Source of the DNA: Amoebophrya sp. A120
Lineage: Eukaryota; Protista; Dinoflagellata
Direction of reading: 5' to 3'
Length of the DNA: 64,000 nucleotides
Assembly: GCA_905178155.1 (NCBI GenBank)
Contig: CAJINV010000004.1
Coordinates: 466,969 to 530,968, forward strand
Below the pieces are notes generated by a model that saw only the letters and a list, made by a program, of their open reading frames with translations, did no database searches and was not told where the DNA came from. Both the position numbers and the translations under genes were made by a program. Numbering within the stretch: position 1 is the first letter of the stretch; each line of letters starts with the position of its first letter. This document shows positions 15,901 to 30,900 of this stretch, piece after piece.

Positions 15901-18900
15901 AGCGGATGCCATGATGACAAACGACACTATGATAGTTGCGGTGCAAACGGCGGTGAAGAGTTTCATGGAAAACCACATGAGTCTACCGCAGAATCTGATC
16001 CCCGACACTGTCGCGGACGAGCTGGTGTTATTGTCCTTCCAAGAGGACACACCGCAAGCCGGGACGCAGCGGCTGACGATCCAGGCGACTATCTTCTTTT
16101 CCGACCCTGTGCAGTCGAATATCGATGCCATCCACAACAACTGGAGCGCAACGCAGGGGCTGGATGCCGCGGGTGTGACCAGTCTCGGAAATGAATTGAA
16201 AACCGCGATTGCGTCTGCCGGATTTCAAGTGTCGTCCTTCGCGGGCGCTGGCTCGTTACCGACGAGCCCTGCAAGGACGACCACCACGACGACGACGACC
16301 ACGACAACAACCACGACAGTTGTCACCACGACGACCACGACTACGACAAGCACGACTATGGCGGTCTTGGAGCGGGAGATTACGTTCACCTTTGACATCG
16401 ACAGCTTGTCGCAGACTGCTGCGAACGCACTGATGACGAACGCGACTTTTATCGCAGCGGTCGATGTTGCCGTCAGAAAATTTTTGACTGACACTTTGCA
16501 AGTCGCTACTCCTGATATGCCAAGTTTGATCTTCGAGACCATGCAGCTGCTTGCCATTGAGGCCAGGCCGAATAGCGTCGACCGATTAACGACGGCGTTG
16601 GTGATCACCATGGAGGACGGAGACATGGCGAAAATCAACGCCATCGCCGCAAAGTGGTCAGGAACATCCGCATTACCCGCGAACCAGGGCACGGCTTTCG
16701 CGGAAACGCTTCGCGCCGAGATTGCCGCTGGTGGCTTCCAGATCAGCTCAGTGGCCGGTGCGGGGACCCTAACGCAGGTGACGACAACGACCACCACTAC
16801 GACTAGCACGACAACCACAACGTCAACCACGCCTACACCGACGACTACTACCACCACGACGACCACGACAACTACCACGACCATGACGCAGATTGAGCGC
16901 GAAATCAGCTTCACGTTTGACGTCAACAGTTTGCCAAATGGGTATGCGGAGGCTGCGGGTCTTATGGTCAATGCCACTATGATCGAAGCGGTAAAGACCG
17001 CGGTGGAGAGCTTCGTCGAGAACTTCTTGAACGTGCAGCAAACTATGATTCCCATCACGATCGCGGACCAGCTGCAACTACTTGCGCACCAGGTGGACAT
17101 CCCGAACGCCGGTGCGGACCGCTTGACCACGCAGGCGACGATCACGTTCAAAGACCAAAACTCCACGCACATTGAAGCCATTGAGAACAAGTGGTCGGCA
17201 ACCCAGGGATTAACTTCTCAGGGGATTCAGGCTTTGTCTGACGAACTCCGGGCTGCGATTGCGAACGCAGGTTTCCAGGTCAGCAGTTTTGCGGGCGCGG
17301 GGTCGATTAACCAAGCAACAACCACAACTACGACGAGCACAACGACTACAACAACGACGTCAACTACGACAACGACAACCACGACTACGTCAACGACCAC
17401 AACCACGACGACGATCCCTATGTTCATTTACGAGGAAGATATCACTTTCACGTTTGACCTCGACTCCTTGCCGCAGGCAAAAGCAAGCGCGTTGATGACC
17501 AACACGACTCTTGTTGCCGCGGTGCGAACCGCGGTCATAAATTTTCTGGAAACGACATTAAACGTTCCGGCGAGTCAGGTTCCGTCAATCAATTTGATTC
17601 AGTTGCAATTGCTCGCTTTGCAGAAGGACACGGGGCAGGGGGTGGATACATTGACGACGCGTGCAAGTCTGAAGTTCGAGGACACGGTTGAAGCGAACAT
17701 CGATCTGGTCGACGCGAAGTGGACGGACCCGCTGGACAGCAGTGAGTCAACCGCGCTGGAGGATCAGCTCCGTACTTCTATCAAGAACGCCGGCTTTGCG
17801 ATCACTTTATCCGGCGCGGGGTCAGTTGTGACGGTGACCACGTCGACCACCACGACAACATCGACAACCACGACGACCACGACGACGACCACCACGACAA
17901 CTACCACGACAAGCACCACGACCACCACCGTGACGTTCGCGGAGGTGATTCGGGAGGTGACGTTTACGTTCCAAATTGATAGTTTAACCGACGCAGAAGC
18001 GGATCAGTTGATGCAAAACGCAACACTGACCAATGCTGTCAAGACCGCGGCGGAGGACTTCGCGACAACCAATTTGCAAGTCGCGCTGAGCATGCTCCCG
18101 CCGATTACTTCTGTCGTGTTGCAACTGATGGCGAAAACCGACGCTGTTTCCACCGGCGTGGACGAGCTTACCACGGATGTCAAGTTGACCTTCCGCGACT
18201 CGGTACTCCAAAACATCGAGGAAATCAACCAGAGCTGGCCAGCCTCCGGATCTTCGTTGTCCCAAACCGACGCTGACGACTTCGCGGACAAGCTGCGCAC
18301 GGAGATCAACAATGCTGGGTTCACGGTGACCGTTGAGGATGCTGGTGGTATGAACAGTCCGGTGACTACGACGACCACTACAACGACGACAACCACGACA
18401 ACTACCACCACCACAACGACCACCACGACTACAACTAGTACCACCACGACGACAACCACGAGCACCACAACCACAGAACCGTCTTTGACCCGGACCTTCG
18501 ACGTCGAGTTCACGGTCCCCGCTGGGACAACCGGCGATGTCGTGGCAACAAACACGGCGATTTTCAACGGTCTGAAAAACGCAACTTTGTTCTATTTGAA
18601 CGCCCACCCGAATATCAACGTTGTTTTATCCGATTTCATGTCCTTCACGGCGACTGGCGGCCAGATCGCCAGTGGCACGAGTGCCGAAGTCGAGGTCACT
18701 TACAGAGTCCGGATTCCGGCTGGACAGGATATTTCGACCTTCGAGGCCCGGTGGCCGGACGATATTTCCACGGACGCGGTTTTGGAAGCGGATTTGATCA
18801 AGTATTTGGGCGAGAACGTCGTGAAAGCGAACATGGCAGGAGTTTCCGTGACCGGGCACGTGGTGAGTGTGACGACGACGTCGACCACGTCGACGACGAC

Positions 18901-21900
18901 CGAGGCGGGCACGACGACTACTACCAGTACCACGACCACCACAACAACTACAACTAGCACCACTACCACCACGACCACAACAACCACGACGCCGGCGCAC
19001 ACAGAGAGGAGCTTCAGCTTCACTTTGTACGTGGTTCAGAATGAGGATGTGAATAGTTTGATGGCTTCGTCAGAAATGGAGACAGCGGTGAAAGATGCGG
19101 CGGTTAGATTTGTGAAGGAAGAGTTGCAAGCACAGCTCACGCCATCGATTTCCAATGCCGATATCTCCTACGTGTTGTTAGAAGTCGCCTCCGTCTCCGC
19201 AGGAACGCCGAACGACATGGTAGTTACGAAAGCGACCGTGCGGTTTACCGGAACGGAAACGCGGGTCGACGCGATTGATGCAAAGTGGGTGGATACGACC
19301 TTGGCGGTGAGTAGTCCGAGTCTGCAGGCTTTGACATCTGCTTTGAATAACTCGACAACGACTTTGTTACCAGCGAAGGTGGACAGCGTGGTGCAGTCGC
19401 AGGTCATGACGACAACGACTACCACCACGACCACAAGCACGACAACAACCACAACGACGACAACCACCACCACCACGACGACCACGACAACAACCACCAC
19501 CACGACGACAACTACATCGACTATGCCATTAGTTTTGCGTGCGTTCGAGCTGCAATTCGACATGGATGATTCTTTGACTTCCGCAGCGGCGGTGGTGGCA
19601 GATTCTTCGTTCGTGGACTCGGTTGTGAAGGGATCCTTGCAGTATTTGAATAACCAATTGCAAACTGCACTCTCTGAGTCGCAGATCGAGAATTTGAACA
19701 TCACAGTGTTGTCAACGTCTTTGTTGCAAACTGGAGCGAAGGGCGCTTCTCTCCCCGGTGCAGGAGCTGCTCATGGACGGCGAGTAGAAGAAGCGCCTTC
19801 TCAAGGCGGTTCGTTCTTGCAACTCTTTGACGGGCTGGGGCTGTTTACAGACGAGAAGAACAAGAAAGCGGTTGTAACCGTGACAGCAGAGGCGTCTTTC
19901 GGCATTCGCGTGAATGCGAGTCTGGTAGCTGAGATTGATGCTGTGTGGGATCCGCAGGGGTTGACAGCAGCAGAGTCCGACGCTTTGATGGAAGATGTGA
20001 AAGATTTCTTCCCGGCGAACACCATTCAGGGCGTCAGTGTTGGCAAAGTCGACGCGACCCAACCGGCGCCGACGACAACAACCACGACTACCACCACGAC
20101 TACTACAACGACTACCACGACGACCACGACAACTATCCACAGCAAATGATAAAAGTTTCCGTGCGCCTGCAAATGCGGTTTCTGCATGACAAAAATTTCC
20201 TCGAATCCCACTCAGCATGACAAGTCGCATAAGTACTTTAAGTCGGGATGAAAGTCTTGTATATGCACTTTGTACGAACGCAGACGCAAGCGGCCAAATT
20301 TGTCTTGCATAAGAACCACCACAACCACGACTACAACCACCACAACAACGACAACGCTGCCGACGCTCGAGCGAGAGATCACCATCACTTTCGACCAGCC
20401 GAGTTTGAGCCAAAGCGAGCTGATTACTCTGATTGATACCACGCATTTCCAGGACGCCATTAAGGCCGGCGTAGACCAATTTGCAGTCCATGACCTGCCG
20501 CTTGCGGGTGCGCCTAGCGTGCATAAAGTGCAGCCGCAGGTTTTGTCCAAGGTCGACGATTTCACGACGGATGCTAGTGGGACCACGTTTGACCGAGTCA
20601 CGATCGATGTGAAGTTGGGTTGGGAGGATGTGGAAACGAAAATCACGGCGTTGAGTAACCTCTGGTCCTCGCAGTCGCTTTCAGATCACGATTTGACGAA
20701 TCTCGCGAAATCCTTCAAAAAGACGCTCGGCGACGCCGGCTACAGCACGACAACGGTTGTTGGAGCGGGAAGCTTGATCTTGCCTACTACCACAACCACC
20801 ACGACGACGACAACCACGACCAGCACCACGACAACATCGACGACGTCGACGAGCACGACAACAACGACGACAACCAGCACGAGCACAACGACCACTCTTC
20901 CCTCGATTTTGCGCGCCTATGAAATCGAGTTCACGGTGCCGCAAGGAACTACAGCGAACGATGTGGCGACGGAACCTTCCATCCTCGCCGGGCTGAAGAA
21001 TGCAACTCATTTCTACCTGAACAAAGCTACCAATATCGACATCGTGATGTCTGATCTTATCGAGTTCACCGCCGGTGGCGCGAGCGTAGCGACGGGGACG
21101 GATGTCACTGTGAACATCACCTACAGAGCGGAGGTCCCCCTAGGGCAGGACTTAGGAGATTTCGAGACCCGCTGGCCGGATCCGGATTTGGATCAGATGC
21201 AGAAGGACGAATTGCGGATCTACTTGGTCGAAAACGTGGAGAAAGCGAACGTCTACGGGGTGTCGCTGAAAGGCTCAGTCGTGAACCAACCGTCGCCGAC
21301 TACGACGACCACGACAAGTACGACTGTTGCGATCACGACAACCACCACGACGACGACAACAACGACAACTACCACGACGACAACCACAACGACTCTCCCG
21401 GTCATCATGCGTGGGTACCAGGTGGAATTCGAGGTTCCATCCGGCACTACCGCCGACGACGTCGCTGCGAACACGGCTATTTACGACGCGCTGAAAAACG
21501 GGACGTGGTTCTATCTGAAAGAAGACCCGAACATCCAGATTTCGATTGACGATTTGACGCAGTTTGGTGTGGTTGGGGAGTCGACAACTGGAACTTCTGC
21601 CACCGTGAACATCACCTACACAGCGCAAATCAATGCCGGTACTTATTCTGGGAACACGCTTCACAACTTCGAAACCCGTTGGCCAGACCCGAATTTGGAT
21701 GACACGCAGAAGGATGAGGTGAAAAAATATCTCCAAGAGAGCGTCGCGAAAGCGAACGTGCAAGGGATTTCGATTCCAACCTCGGCTGTTGTCGTCCCCG
21801 CTCCGTCGCCGACGACCACGACAACGACGAGCACGACAACAGAGGTGACCACGACAACCACGAGCACTACGACAACGACCACCACAACAACCACCACGAC

Positions 21901-24900
21901 CACGACATTAGCCGTGATTTTACGTGTATCCAGGAAAAAAAGTGTGTAAATGTAACCTTCTTTGAGAAACAGCATCACAAATTTGCTCTACATGACAGAG
22001 AAAACCTGTCATGCGTGCCTTTTAAGGGAAAACACACATGAAAAGAGGACTTCATGGCTGTCTGGCATGACAGGTGTGCTTCTGTTGCATGTTCTGCAAC
22101 ACAAATTTACACTTACGCAGTTTTGTTTTGCATAACGTGCGTACGAGTTGGAGTTCACAGTGCCGTCCGGCACCACGGCCGATGACGTGGCGGCGAGTTC
22201 GGATATTGTGGCTGCGCTGAAAAACGGCACGTGGTTATCCTGAGTAAAAACGTACCCACACCAGAGTTGTAATGCAGATTTGCAAAGACAGGAAGACTTG
22301 TAATGCGCATCCCCATGAGAGCCATTTCCAATTCCAGTCGTGTTTTGGAATTTGTGATGCTGTGAACAGGATGAGCAGATGGATTTCTGACGCAGCTGGC
22401 CTTGCGAACCTGCACTAGCTACACTACGGACTGCAACTTGTCATGTGTGACTCACAAAACTCCTAGGTTTGTTTTGCAAAATCCCCATCCTGACTCTGGT
22501 GTGGGTATGTTTTTACTCAGGATAGTGGTTCTATCTAAACGCGGATGCGAACATCGACATCGACATTACCGATCTGACAGAGTTCAACGTGTATCCATGG
22601 CAAATTTTTGCTCTACAAGTGCTGACCACTCTGCATGATGATTTTTTCTCCTATTGACCTTTGGCATGACAATTTTTCGGAAGATTCATTTGCTGACAGA
22701 ATTTGTGATGCAGGTTGTAGAAGTACTTACTTGCGCAGCAAATTTGTGTTGCATAACGCCGCCGGCACCTCTACCGTTGACACCTCCGCAAAGTGCAACA
22801 TCACGTACACGGCCCAAGTGCCCAACACGTCCCCCAACACGCTGGCGAATTTCGAGGCCCGGTGGCCCGCGCCGACGCTGGGGGTGACGGGCAGGAATGA
22901 GCTGAAAGATTACTTGACCGAGTCCGTCGCGAAAGCCGCGGGGGCGTCCGGTATTTCCGTCGGGGCGACTTCCCCGGTCAATCCGCAGCCGGCGCCGACC
23001 ACGACGACTACTACGACTACTAGTACAACGACTACAACAACGACTAGTACGACGACAACAACGACTACAAGCACCACAACTACCACGACCACAACCACGA
23101 CGACAACAACGACCACCACCACGACTCTACCATCCATCATGCGTGCGTATCAGCTGGACTTCACGGTTCCGACCGGAACTACTGCCGCGTCGTTGGAGCA
23201 GAACGCAGATTTGGTCTCAGCGCTGAAGAACGGGACGTGGTTTTACTTGGATTCCGCGGCCAGCATCACTTTATCCGTAACGGATATCACCGCCTTCGAC
23301 GTGATTATGGATTGCAAAAATGTCTGGGTCTGGAAGATTCTAAACTTGTAACTAATGCTGTCTCTGGATTCCAAAAAAAAATTGTATGTAGTGAGGTCAC
23401 GAACGTTCTATCCTAGCGGTTTTTTTGCCAGGTCTTATGCAAAACGGCCGGCAGTTTTCAAGCGGCCGGAAGTGTTTTTTGACAAAAAAAATTTCCAATT
23501 ATCAAGCGGCCGGGGCTTTGCCAACAAACAAGCCCGGTCGAAAACTATCGATTCCCGCTTGATAAAACGACGCAGGGGAGCCGGCAAAAGGGGCGCCCTT
23601 CTGAGGCGCCCACCGCCTTAGTTTCTGGCGATTTGGGGCGCCCAAAAATGGGCGCCCAAAAAGCAGCGCTCCGAAAAAAACAGCGAATCCGCATGGTATG
23701 GGCCTCATTTTGCTCCACATTCGGGCCCCGCAACAGACGCCTTCAAAATCCGCCATTTCAGAGGCGGACTGAAGGCCAGAAGATGCGGCATTTTGAAAAA
23801 AAAAAAACAAAAAAAACAAAGTCCGCCAAAAGCAAGAAGCGAATCCGCATGCTATGGGCCCGATTTGGGACTCCCAAGAGGCCGACCCTGGCGCGGGCCC
23901 TGGCGGGGCCATAGCATGCGGGGAAGGTTTTTCGATTCGAAACCAAACGGAGGCCGCCTCTGGATTGAGATTCTTAGCGATCGCCGTGCCGTCGTGCGTA
24001 ACATTACCCACGATGGCATGGTGGGCAGAGCAGTTGCGTCCTTTTTTGGCGTAAAGACAAAAAGACCGCCATGACCTCACTACCTCCGCGGACGCGGCTA
24101 TTATTGGTATTGCGTGACCAGCAAGAGGACTCCAGTTGCAGTTTGTGCTACGCGGAAAGGGCATTTCTCACGCGGTAGAGGCATCACAAAGTCCTGTAAA
24201 AATCTGTGATGCTAGGGCATGCATCACAGACATCATGGATCATTCAAAATATGCACGACAAATCTCAGAATCTTCCAGACCCAGACACTTTTGCAGTGCA
24301 TAGTGATCCCCGATAGCCAACTGGGCACCACCGCGACCCTGAACATCAGCTACACGGTATCCTGTGTAAAAACGTCCCCACACCATAGTTGTCACGCAAC
24401 TCTGCATGCTTAAAATGTTTCTCATGCGGAGCCCCATGAGAAGCATTTTCTAATGGTGTTTTGAAATTTGTCATGCTCCAATCAGCATGAGAGACTAGAT
24501 CTGTAATGCTGCTGAACTAGCTCAAACAGCACTACACTACGCGTCCAAATTTGTCATGCCAAACAGCCAAAGCTTGTGGATTTGTCTAGCCGATTCCCCA
24601 TCTTGACTTATGGGGTGGGTACGTTTTTACATAGGATACACGGCGGAAGTCCCTACGGGGAACACTCTCGCTGCGTTCGAGACGCGGTGGCCGGATCCGG
24701 CGACGGGGGGCATGATTCAAACCCAGAAGGACAAGTTGATGAAGTATCTGCAAGGTTCGGCTCAAGCGGCGCAAAACATCCCCGCCGGGGTGTCTGTCGG
24801 GACAATGGTCCCGGCGCCGAGTCCGACGACTACGACCACGACGACCACAACCACCACGACCACCACTCTGGCGGTGATCATGCGGGCGTACAAAGTGCAA

Positions 24901-27900
24901 CTGGTAGTGCCAGTTGGGACGACTGCAGATGATGTAGTGGCGAACACGGCTGTGACAAATAAGTTGAAGAACGCGACCTACAGCTACTTGGATGCCGATG
25001 CGGACATCAGCTTCCAGGTATCCGATGTGACCGTGTTCAAGGTCCTTGCGAACACAACCGCGGGAACGAAAATCACTTTGGACGTCGAGTACACGGCGCA
25101 GATTCCGCCTGGAGGCGCTGGGAACCTGAACAGCCTATCCGCATTCGAGACGCGTTGGCCGGATCGGGCGAGCTATGGATTGCAAAAGTGTCTGGGTCTA
25201 GAAGATTGCAACTTGTCATGCTGTCTTTGGGTTTGGATTCCAAAAAAATCTGTATTGCGTGACCAGCAACAGGACTCCAGTTTGTGTTACGCGGAGAGGG
25301 CATTTCTCATGCGGAATAGGCATTAGGAAGCCTCTAAAAATCTGTGCTGCTACATCAATGATGTAGCAGCACATAATGCATTAGAGGCATTAATTTTAAT
25401 CATCATACAAAATATGCATGACAAGTCTGCACTCTTCCAGACCGAGACACTTTTGCATTTGATACGAGCGGTGGTTTAACTACCGCACAGCTAGACGAGT
25501 TGAAGAAGATGTTGACTGTGAATGTCGATGCGGCGGGAGTATCGGGGATTTCGGTCGATCAGGGCGCGCAGGTAGCGCCGGCCCCGTCTCCCACGACGAC
25601 GACTACAACGACTACGACTACTACTACTAGTACCACAACAACGGTGGCGGCAGCTGCAACGACCACGAGTACTAGCACCACAACCTCAACTAGCACCACA
25701 GCCAGTACTACTGCAACAGCTGCTGCTGGTGGTAACACGACCAGCACTTCGACCACAACTTTGCCCACCCGGCAGTACGGAGCGTCGATCGATATCCCGA
25801 ATGGGGTGGACCCGGCTACGTACATCCAGGACCCAGATTTGGTTGCGGCGTTCAAGTCAGGGACGGTGACGTATTTGCAGAGCAACGGGCTCTCGGGCAT
25901 CGACACCTCGCAAGTGATCAACTTCCAACTGACGGTTTATGAAATTGCAAAAGCTTTCACAGCACCGCGGTACTTACTAGTTGGCATTGCATTGCAAATT
26001 TAATAGATTTTCGTCACAATTTGAAGAAGAATACAGTTTTTCATGCAACAGATTTCTCAGGAATTAAGGAAGCTAAATTTGTCATGCAAAATTGCGATTA
26101 GCATGGTTGCGAAGATACTTTTGCAATTTTCCATACGGCTTCGTCGTCCACCTTCTTCCTGCTCGGAACCACAAGGCGAACGACGGTTCAGATTGCGCAG
26201 TCGACAGCTGCGCAGAAGAAATCGCAAGCAGAGATGCAAAAAAGCCAGTCCGTGAACCTGGTCGCTTCCTTCCAAGTCAACATCCCCGCTTCGCAGCAAG
26301 CGGCTTTGAACAATGCCTTCCCGGCAGCCGGAATGCCAGCTTCCGCTCTGTCCGCCCTCGGCTCGGCCGTGACGGCAAGTGTGGCGAACAGTGGGGTCGC
26401 TGGGGTCTCCGTCCAGAGCCTGAGCAGCATGCCGGCACCGGGGGTTGCGACAACCACCTCTACCTCTACGACCCCGGTGCCCAGCATCACCAGGGGGTTT
26501 GTGGTGGAGTTGGAGATTCCCGCGACCGAGACTGCGCAGTCCTTGTCGGCCAAAACCGCTTTAGTGGACAAGCTCCGCAACGCGACGTACTTCTATTTAG
26601 ACGAAGATACTGCTCTCTCTTTAGACGCAGCGGACATCAGCTCCTTCCTAGTCGAGCCGGGGGATGACACTGGAGCCGCGGGGTATGTGAACTTAAATGT
26701 CTCCTACACGGCTCAGATCAAACAGCCAAACGCTCTCGCCGACGCTTTGCTCCGGTGGCCGGATCCGGCGACTGGTACTGGTTTATCCACGGATCAAGTG
26801 CAGGAGTTCAAGAAATTGCTGATCGAAAATGTGGAACTAGCGAACCTACCCGGCGTGCAGGTCGGCCCCGCGCCGATTTCCCAAGTACCGTTGTCAACCA
26901 CGACGACAAGCACAACAAGCACGTCGACGATGGCACCGTATGAACATTGACAACTCCCAGCTCGCCTCATTTGTATGGCATAAAAAGCAACACAAGCAAC
27001 CGCAGATGTGTGGCATCCGCATGGCAAACCTGAAGACGGATTCTAGTACTGTTTGAGGTTTTAAAATTTGGCATGCAGATAGTGCGTACAGGCAGGGCAT
27101 TTTATTTGATATTCTGCATTACAAATGGGGGGGGGGGGGAATTGTGCACTCTCATACGCCGAACACGACTTCCACAACCTCGACTACCACCTCGACGAGC
27201 ACTACGACGACCACGTCAACCACGACTACAACAACAAAAGTCTTGGATCGGGCGTTCACGATGAACATCACGATCGAAAATAGCAAGTTCACGCCTGCAC
27301 AAGCTCTTGCGAACGCCGAACTCGCCAGTGCGGTGACCACCGCGACTTTAGATTATTTCAACGACAAGGATAATTCTCTACAATTAGAATACGCTTCGAT
27401 CGTCGATTTGAAACTCGAACAGGGCGCCGCCGCGTTCCTACTGTTCAACAAGTGGCAGAAAATGGAACAAGATGCTTTCTCCTCCAGGCACCCGGGATTA
27501 GTCGCCGTGACCCAGCAAGCAGTGACCGTGCAATCGAGTTTATTGAAGAAAAACGTGTTTTCCGCGAAGGAGATGAAACGAGAGCAGAGGAGAAAATCTC
27601 AAACCGAAGTGAAGGTTGAAGTCACGTTTGGAATTGGCGTGGACTCGGATATTATCGCCGGGAAAATCGCTGCAGTTTGGCCGGAGTCCGGATTGGTCAG
27701 CTCGTCTGGACTACTGACCTTCCTGCAGCCGAAGGTGGACGCGATTGAGGGGATGTTGCTCGGGTCCTTAGCCCCGGCCGCTGCCAACCCGACCACCACG
27801 ACCACGACGACAACAAGCACCACGACGACGACAACGACGACTAGTGTGACGACAACGACCACCACCGTTACCACTACAACCACGACCACAACCACGCCTG

Positions 27901-30900
27901 TCAGCTACGGAACGGTCCAACGGGCGATCGGGTTCTCGCTCGATGTTTCTGCCGCCCCAGATCCCGACCCGACGGCACAGGAGCTGATCTCGAATGACGC
28001 GATCAAGGCAGAAATCGTCAAGGTTTCTGTCGCTACGACCGTCAGCTTCTTAGAAGACGGGGGTGTGTTGGATCTGACGACGGATATGGTCAGTTGTGCT
28101 CTATCGTTGGATACGAACAGCACCGGCGGGCAGAGCAGTTTGCTGCTACAAGAATTGGAGCGCATGTTCTTCGAACAGGAGCAAGCGAGTTTTTTGCAAA
28201 CGCAGAGTGAGAAGTTATCTCTCGTCCAGACGGGGACAAGTACGGCGTTGACGGCGGAGAGGACCAGCAGTTCTTTGACTTCCGCGCAGAGGGAGAAGTT
28301 GGGGATTGAATTGAAAGCCGAGATGGACTCCCAGGTGGAGCTGCATTATTCTGTGGAGTTCATGCGGTTGGAGATGGAAAGGAATAAGAAGTTCCAGGAA
28401 GAATACCACTTCACGCGGAACTTATGCATAGCAAAAGTGTCGTACTACGTACACATCGCATGACAAATCTACTTAAATCTTTTCCAGAAGAAAAATAAAA
28501 TTAATCATGCAGATTCAAGTATAGAAAGCAGATCTGTCATGCGCAACTGGCATTTATACGAGTGCGATACTTTTGCGATGCATAGAATTCCACCGTCCAC
28601 GACCTAGTCATGACCTGCACAATCGACGTAAACGCGAACAACGCACATGAGATAGCTCTCGCCTGGCCGCCGGAGGGGCTGGATTCGAACGAGCTAACCG
28701 GGTTCTTGAATCTCTTCTCCGCAAATTTAGACGCCGATCAGTTACCGTATGAGATTGTCGGGGCGGTCTCCTTGCCGGCGCCGAGTGTGACGACCAGCAC
28801 GACTACAACGACCATTGCGGTTACGACATCCACGACAACGACGACGACGGGGAGGAATTTACACCCGTATTCCATGCTGATCCAGATGGAGATCGAGTAT
28901 GTTTACCCGCGGACGGTGGATACGTTGTTGGTGAATCCTTATTTCCGAGATGCGATCAACACGACGATTTTAAATTTGTTCGACGAGTGGGCTGCTGGGC
29001 TTTTGCCGATGGACATCGTCTACCTGAAGTATGAGGAGTTGAAGAACCAGACGACTGCGACCGCCGATGTGAGCAACACGACTACTTTGCTGCAGAGCAG
29101 CGCCAGCGCCACCAGGGCTGCTCTGCCACCTGGATCTTCTTTGCATCAAGAAAAGCAGCTGTACAAAGATATCAACCTGCATCAGCAAGGGGGTAGTACT
29201 AGTAGCAGCTTCTTGGCTCTCAGTGAAGAAGGACAGGGATCGAGTGAAGTAGAGCTTTCCACTTCCGAAGGCGCTCTGTCTAGTATGCGAAACATCCGCA
29301 ACAGCCTTAACGGCCACCGCCCCGGTACTAGTAGTGGCGAAAGGCTGAAGCACCAAATGAAGATTGCGTTAGGGGATGTGGAAGCGGCTCGCAGAGGCGT
29401 GGAGCAAGCCAGGGAAATGGCGGGGTACCAAACCAAGAAGCACAACCAAGAAAAAGCTTTGCGTGATAGTGTTTCTCTCGTGCGCTCCGACTACACGACA
29501 GGTAAAAAGCACAAGTTGATGACAGGCGCGGCTTTAACTGAACAGAAGCGCCTCGAGTCCGCTCGGATGAAGTTGCAAAAGATCGCGGGTGAAACTGGGA
29601 TCGCTTCGGGAAAGAAAGGCATGCTGATGAAATCTGGGAGCAGTACTAGCTCTGTCACGGTGACACAGTTCTTCGCGCAAGTCACGATCATGATCGAGAA
29701 CATCGATTTAGCGGATGACATTTGGCCCTGGAACACGCAACTCTCGGCGGAAGATGAAGCGGAAGCTTTGAACTTCTTCAAAACCCAGATGTCAATAGAC
29801 GAGCTCCAGGATATCAATTGCGTTCGCTTCACCGGTCACGTGGACCCGTCGATCACGACCACAACAACCTCGACTACAACCACGACGACGACTACCACGA
29901 CAACCACCACGACAACCACGACCACTACCACCACGACTTTAATGCGGAGGCAGTTCGGGATCACGTTTTACTTCGATGATTCTCTCGATGTGGACGACAC
30001 CATGTACGAGATTTTGCCGATGGTGGAGAAAGGGGTTTACGTCTTCTTCGTCACAGAAGGGGTGAATTTGGATGAAGAAGACATCCTGGATTTTGAACTC
30101 GAAGTCAACGCGACCACGTATATGGCAAGCAATAATACCAACACGACCTTGCTTTTGCAGGAAGCCATCCGCACCGCGCAGCAAGCGGCGTTCTTGCAGG
30201 AGTCGATCAAACCATATGGGGTTGTGAGAAAACAGCCAGCGAAAGCGGTGCTGCCCTCATTGGTGAAGCACGAGCGGTATCACGGGGCGCAAATCCCGGT
30301 GGTGCATCCTAGGACAGTAAAGGGAATGGTCGCGGCGGGTGGTAATACCGGTAAAAATTTCGCTGTTGTTCCAGGGCGGGGTACTAGTGGTGGAAGTAAT
30401 CCAGCTAATATGCAGACTAGTCTAATGCAGGACGACAGCAGCTACCTGTACACCGCGCAAGTCGAGCTGGACGCGATCTGCCGCTTCGACATCCGGCCGA
30501 TATCCGCAGCGCTGCAGATGAACATGAACGGCCTTTGGTCTTTGCAGAACGGATATCAAATGTAAAAGTGTCTGGGTCTGGAAGATTGGAACTTGTGATG
30601 CTGCATTTGGATTACAAAAAAATCTGTATTGCATGAGCAGCAAAGGGAATGCATTTTTTGCTACGCGGAGATGGCATTTGTAATGCGGAATAGGCATCAA
30701 GAAGGCCTCAAAAAATCTGTGATGCTAGGGCACGCATCACAGACATCAAGACTTGTGCAAAACCTGCATGACAAGTCTAGAAAATTTCCAGACCCAGACA
30801 CTTTTGCATTTGATAACGGATTAGACGCCAGTAAGACGACCCAACTGCTCGGTGCAATCAAGAACCAGATCGAGACAATCCACAACGTGCAGGGCGTGGA

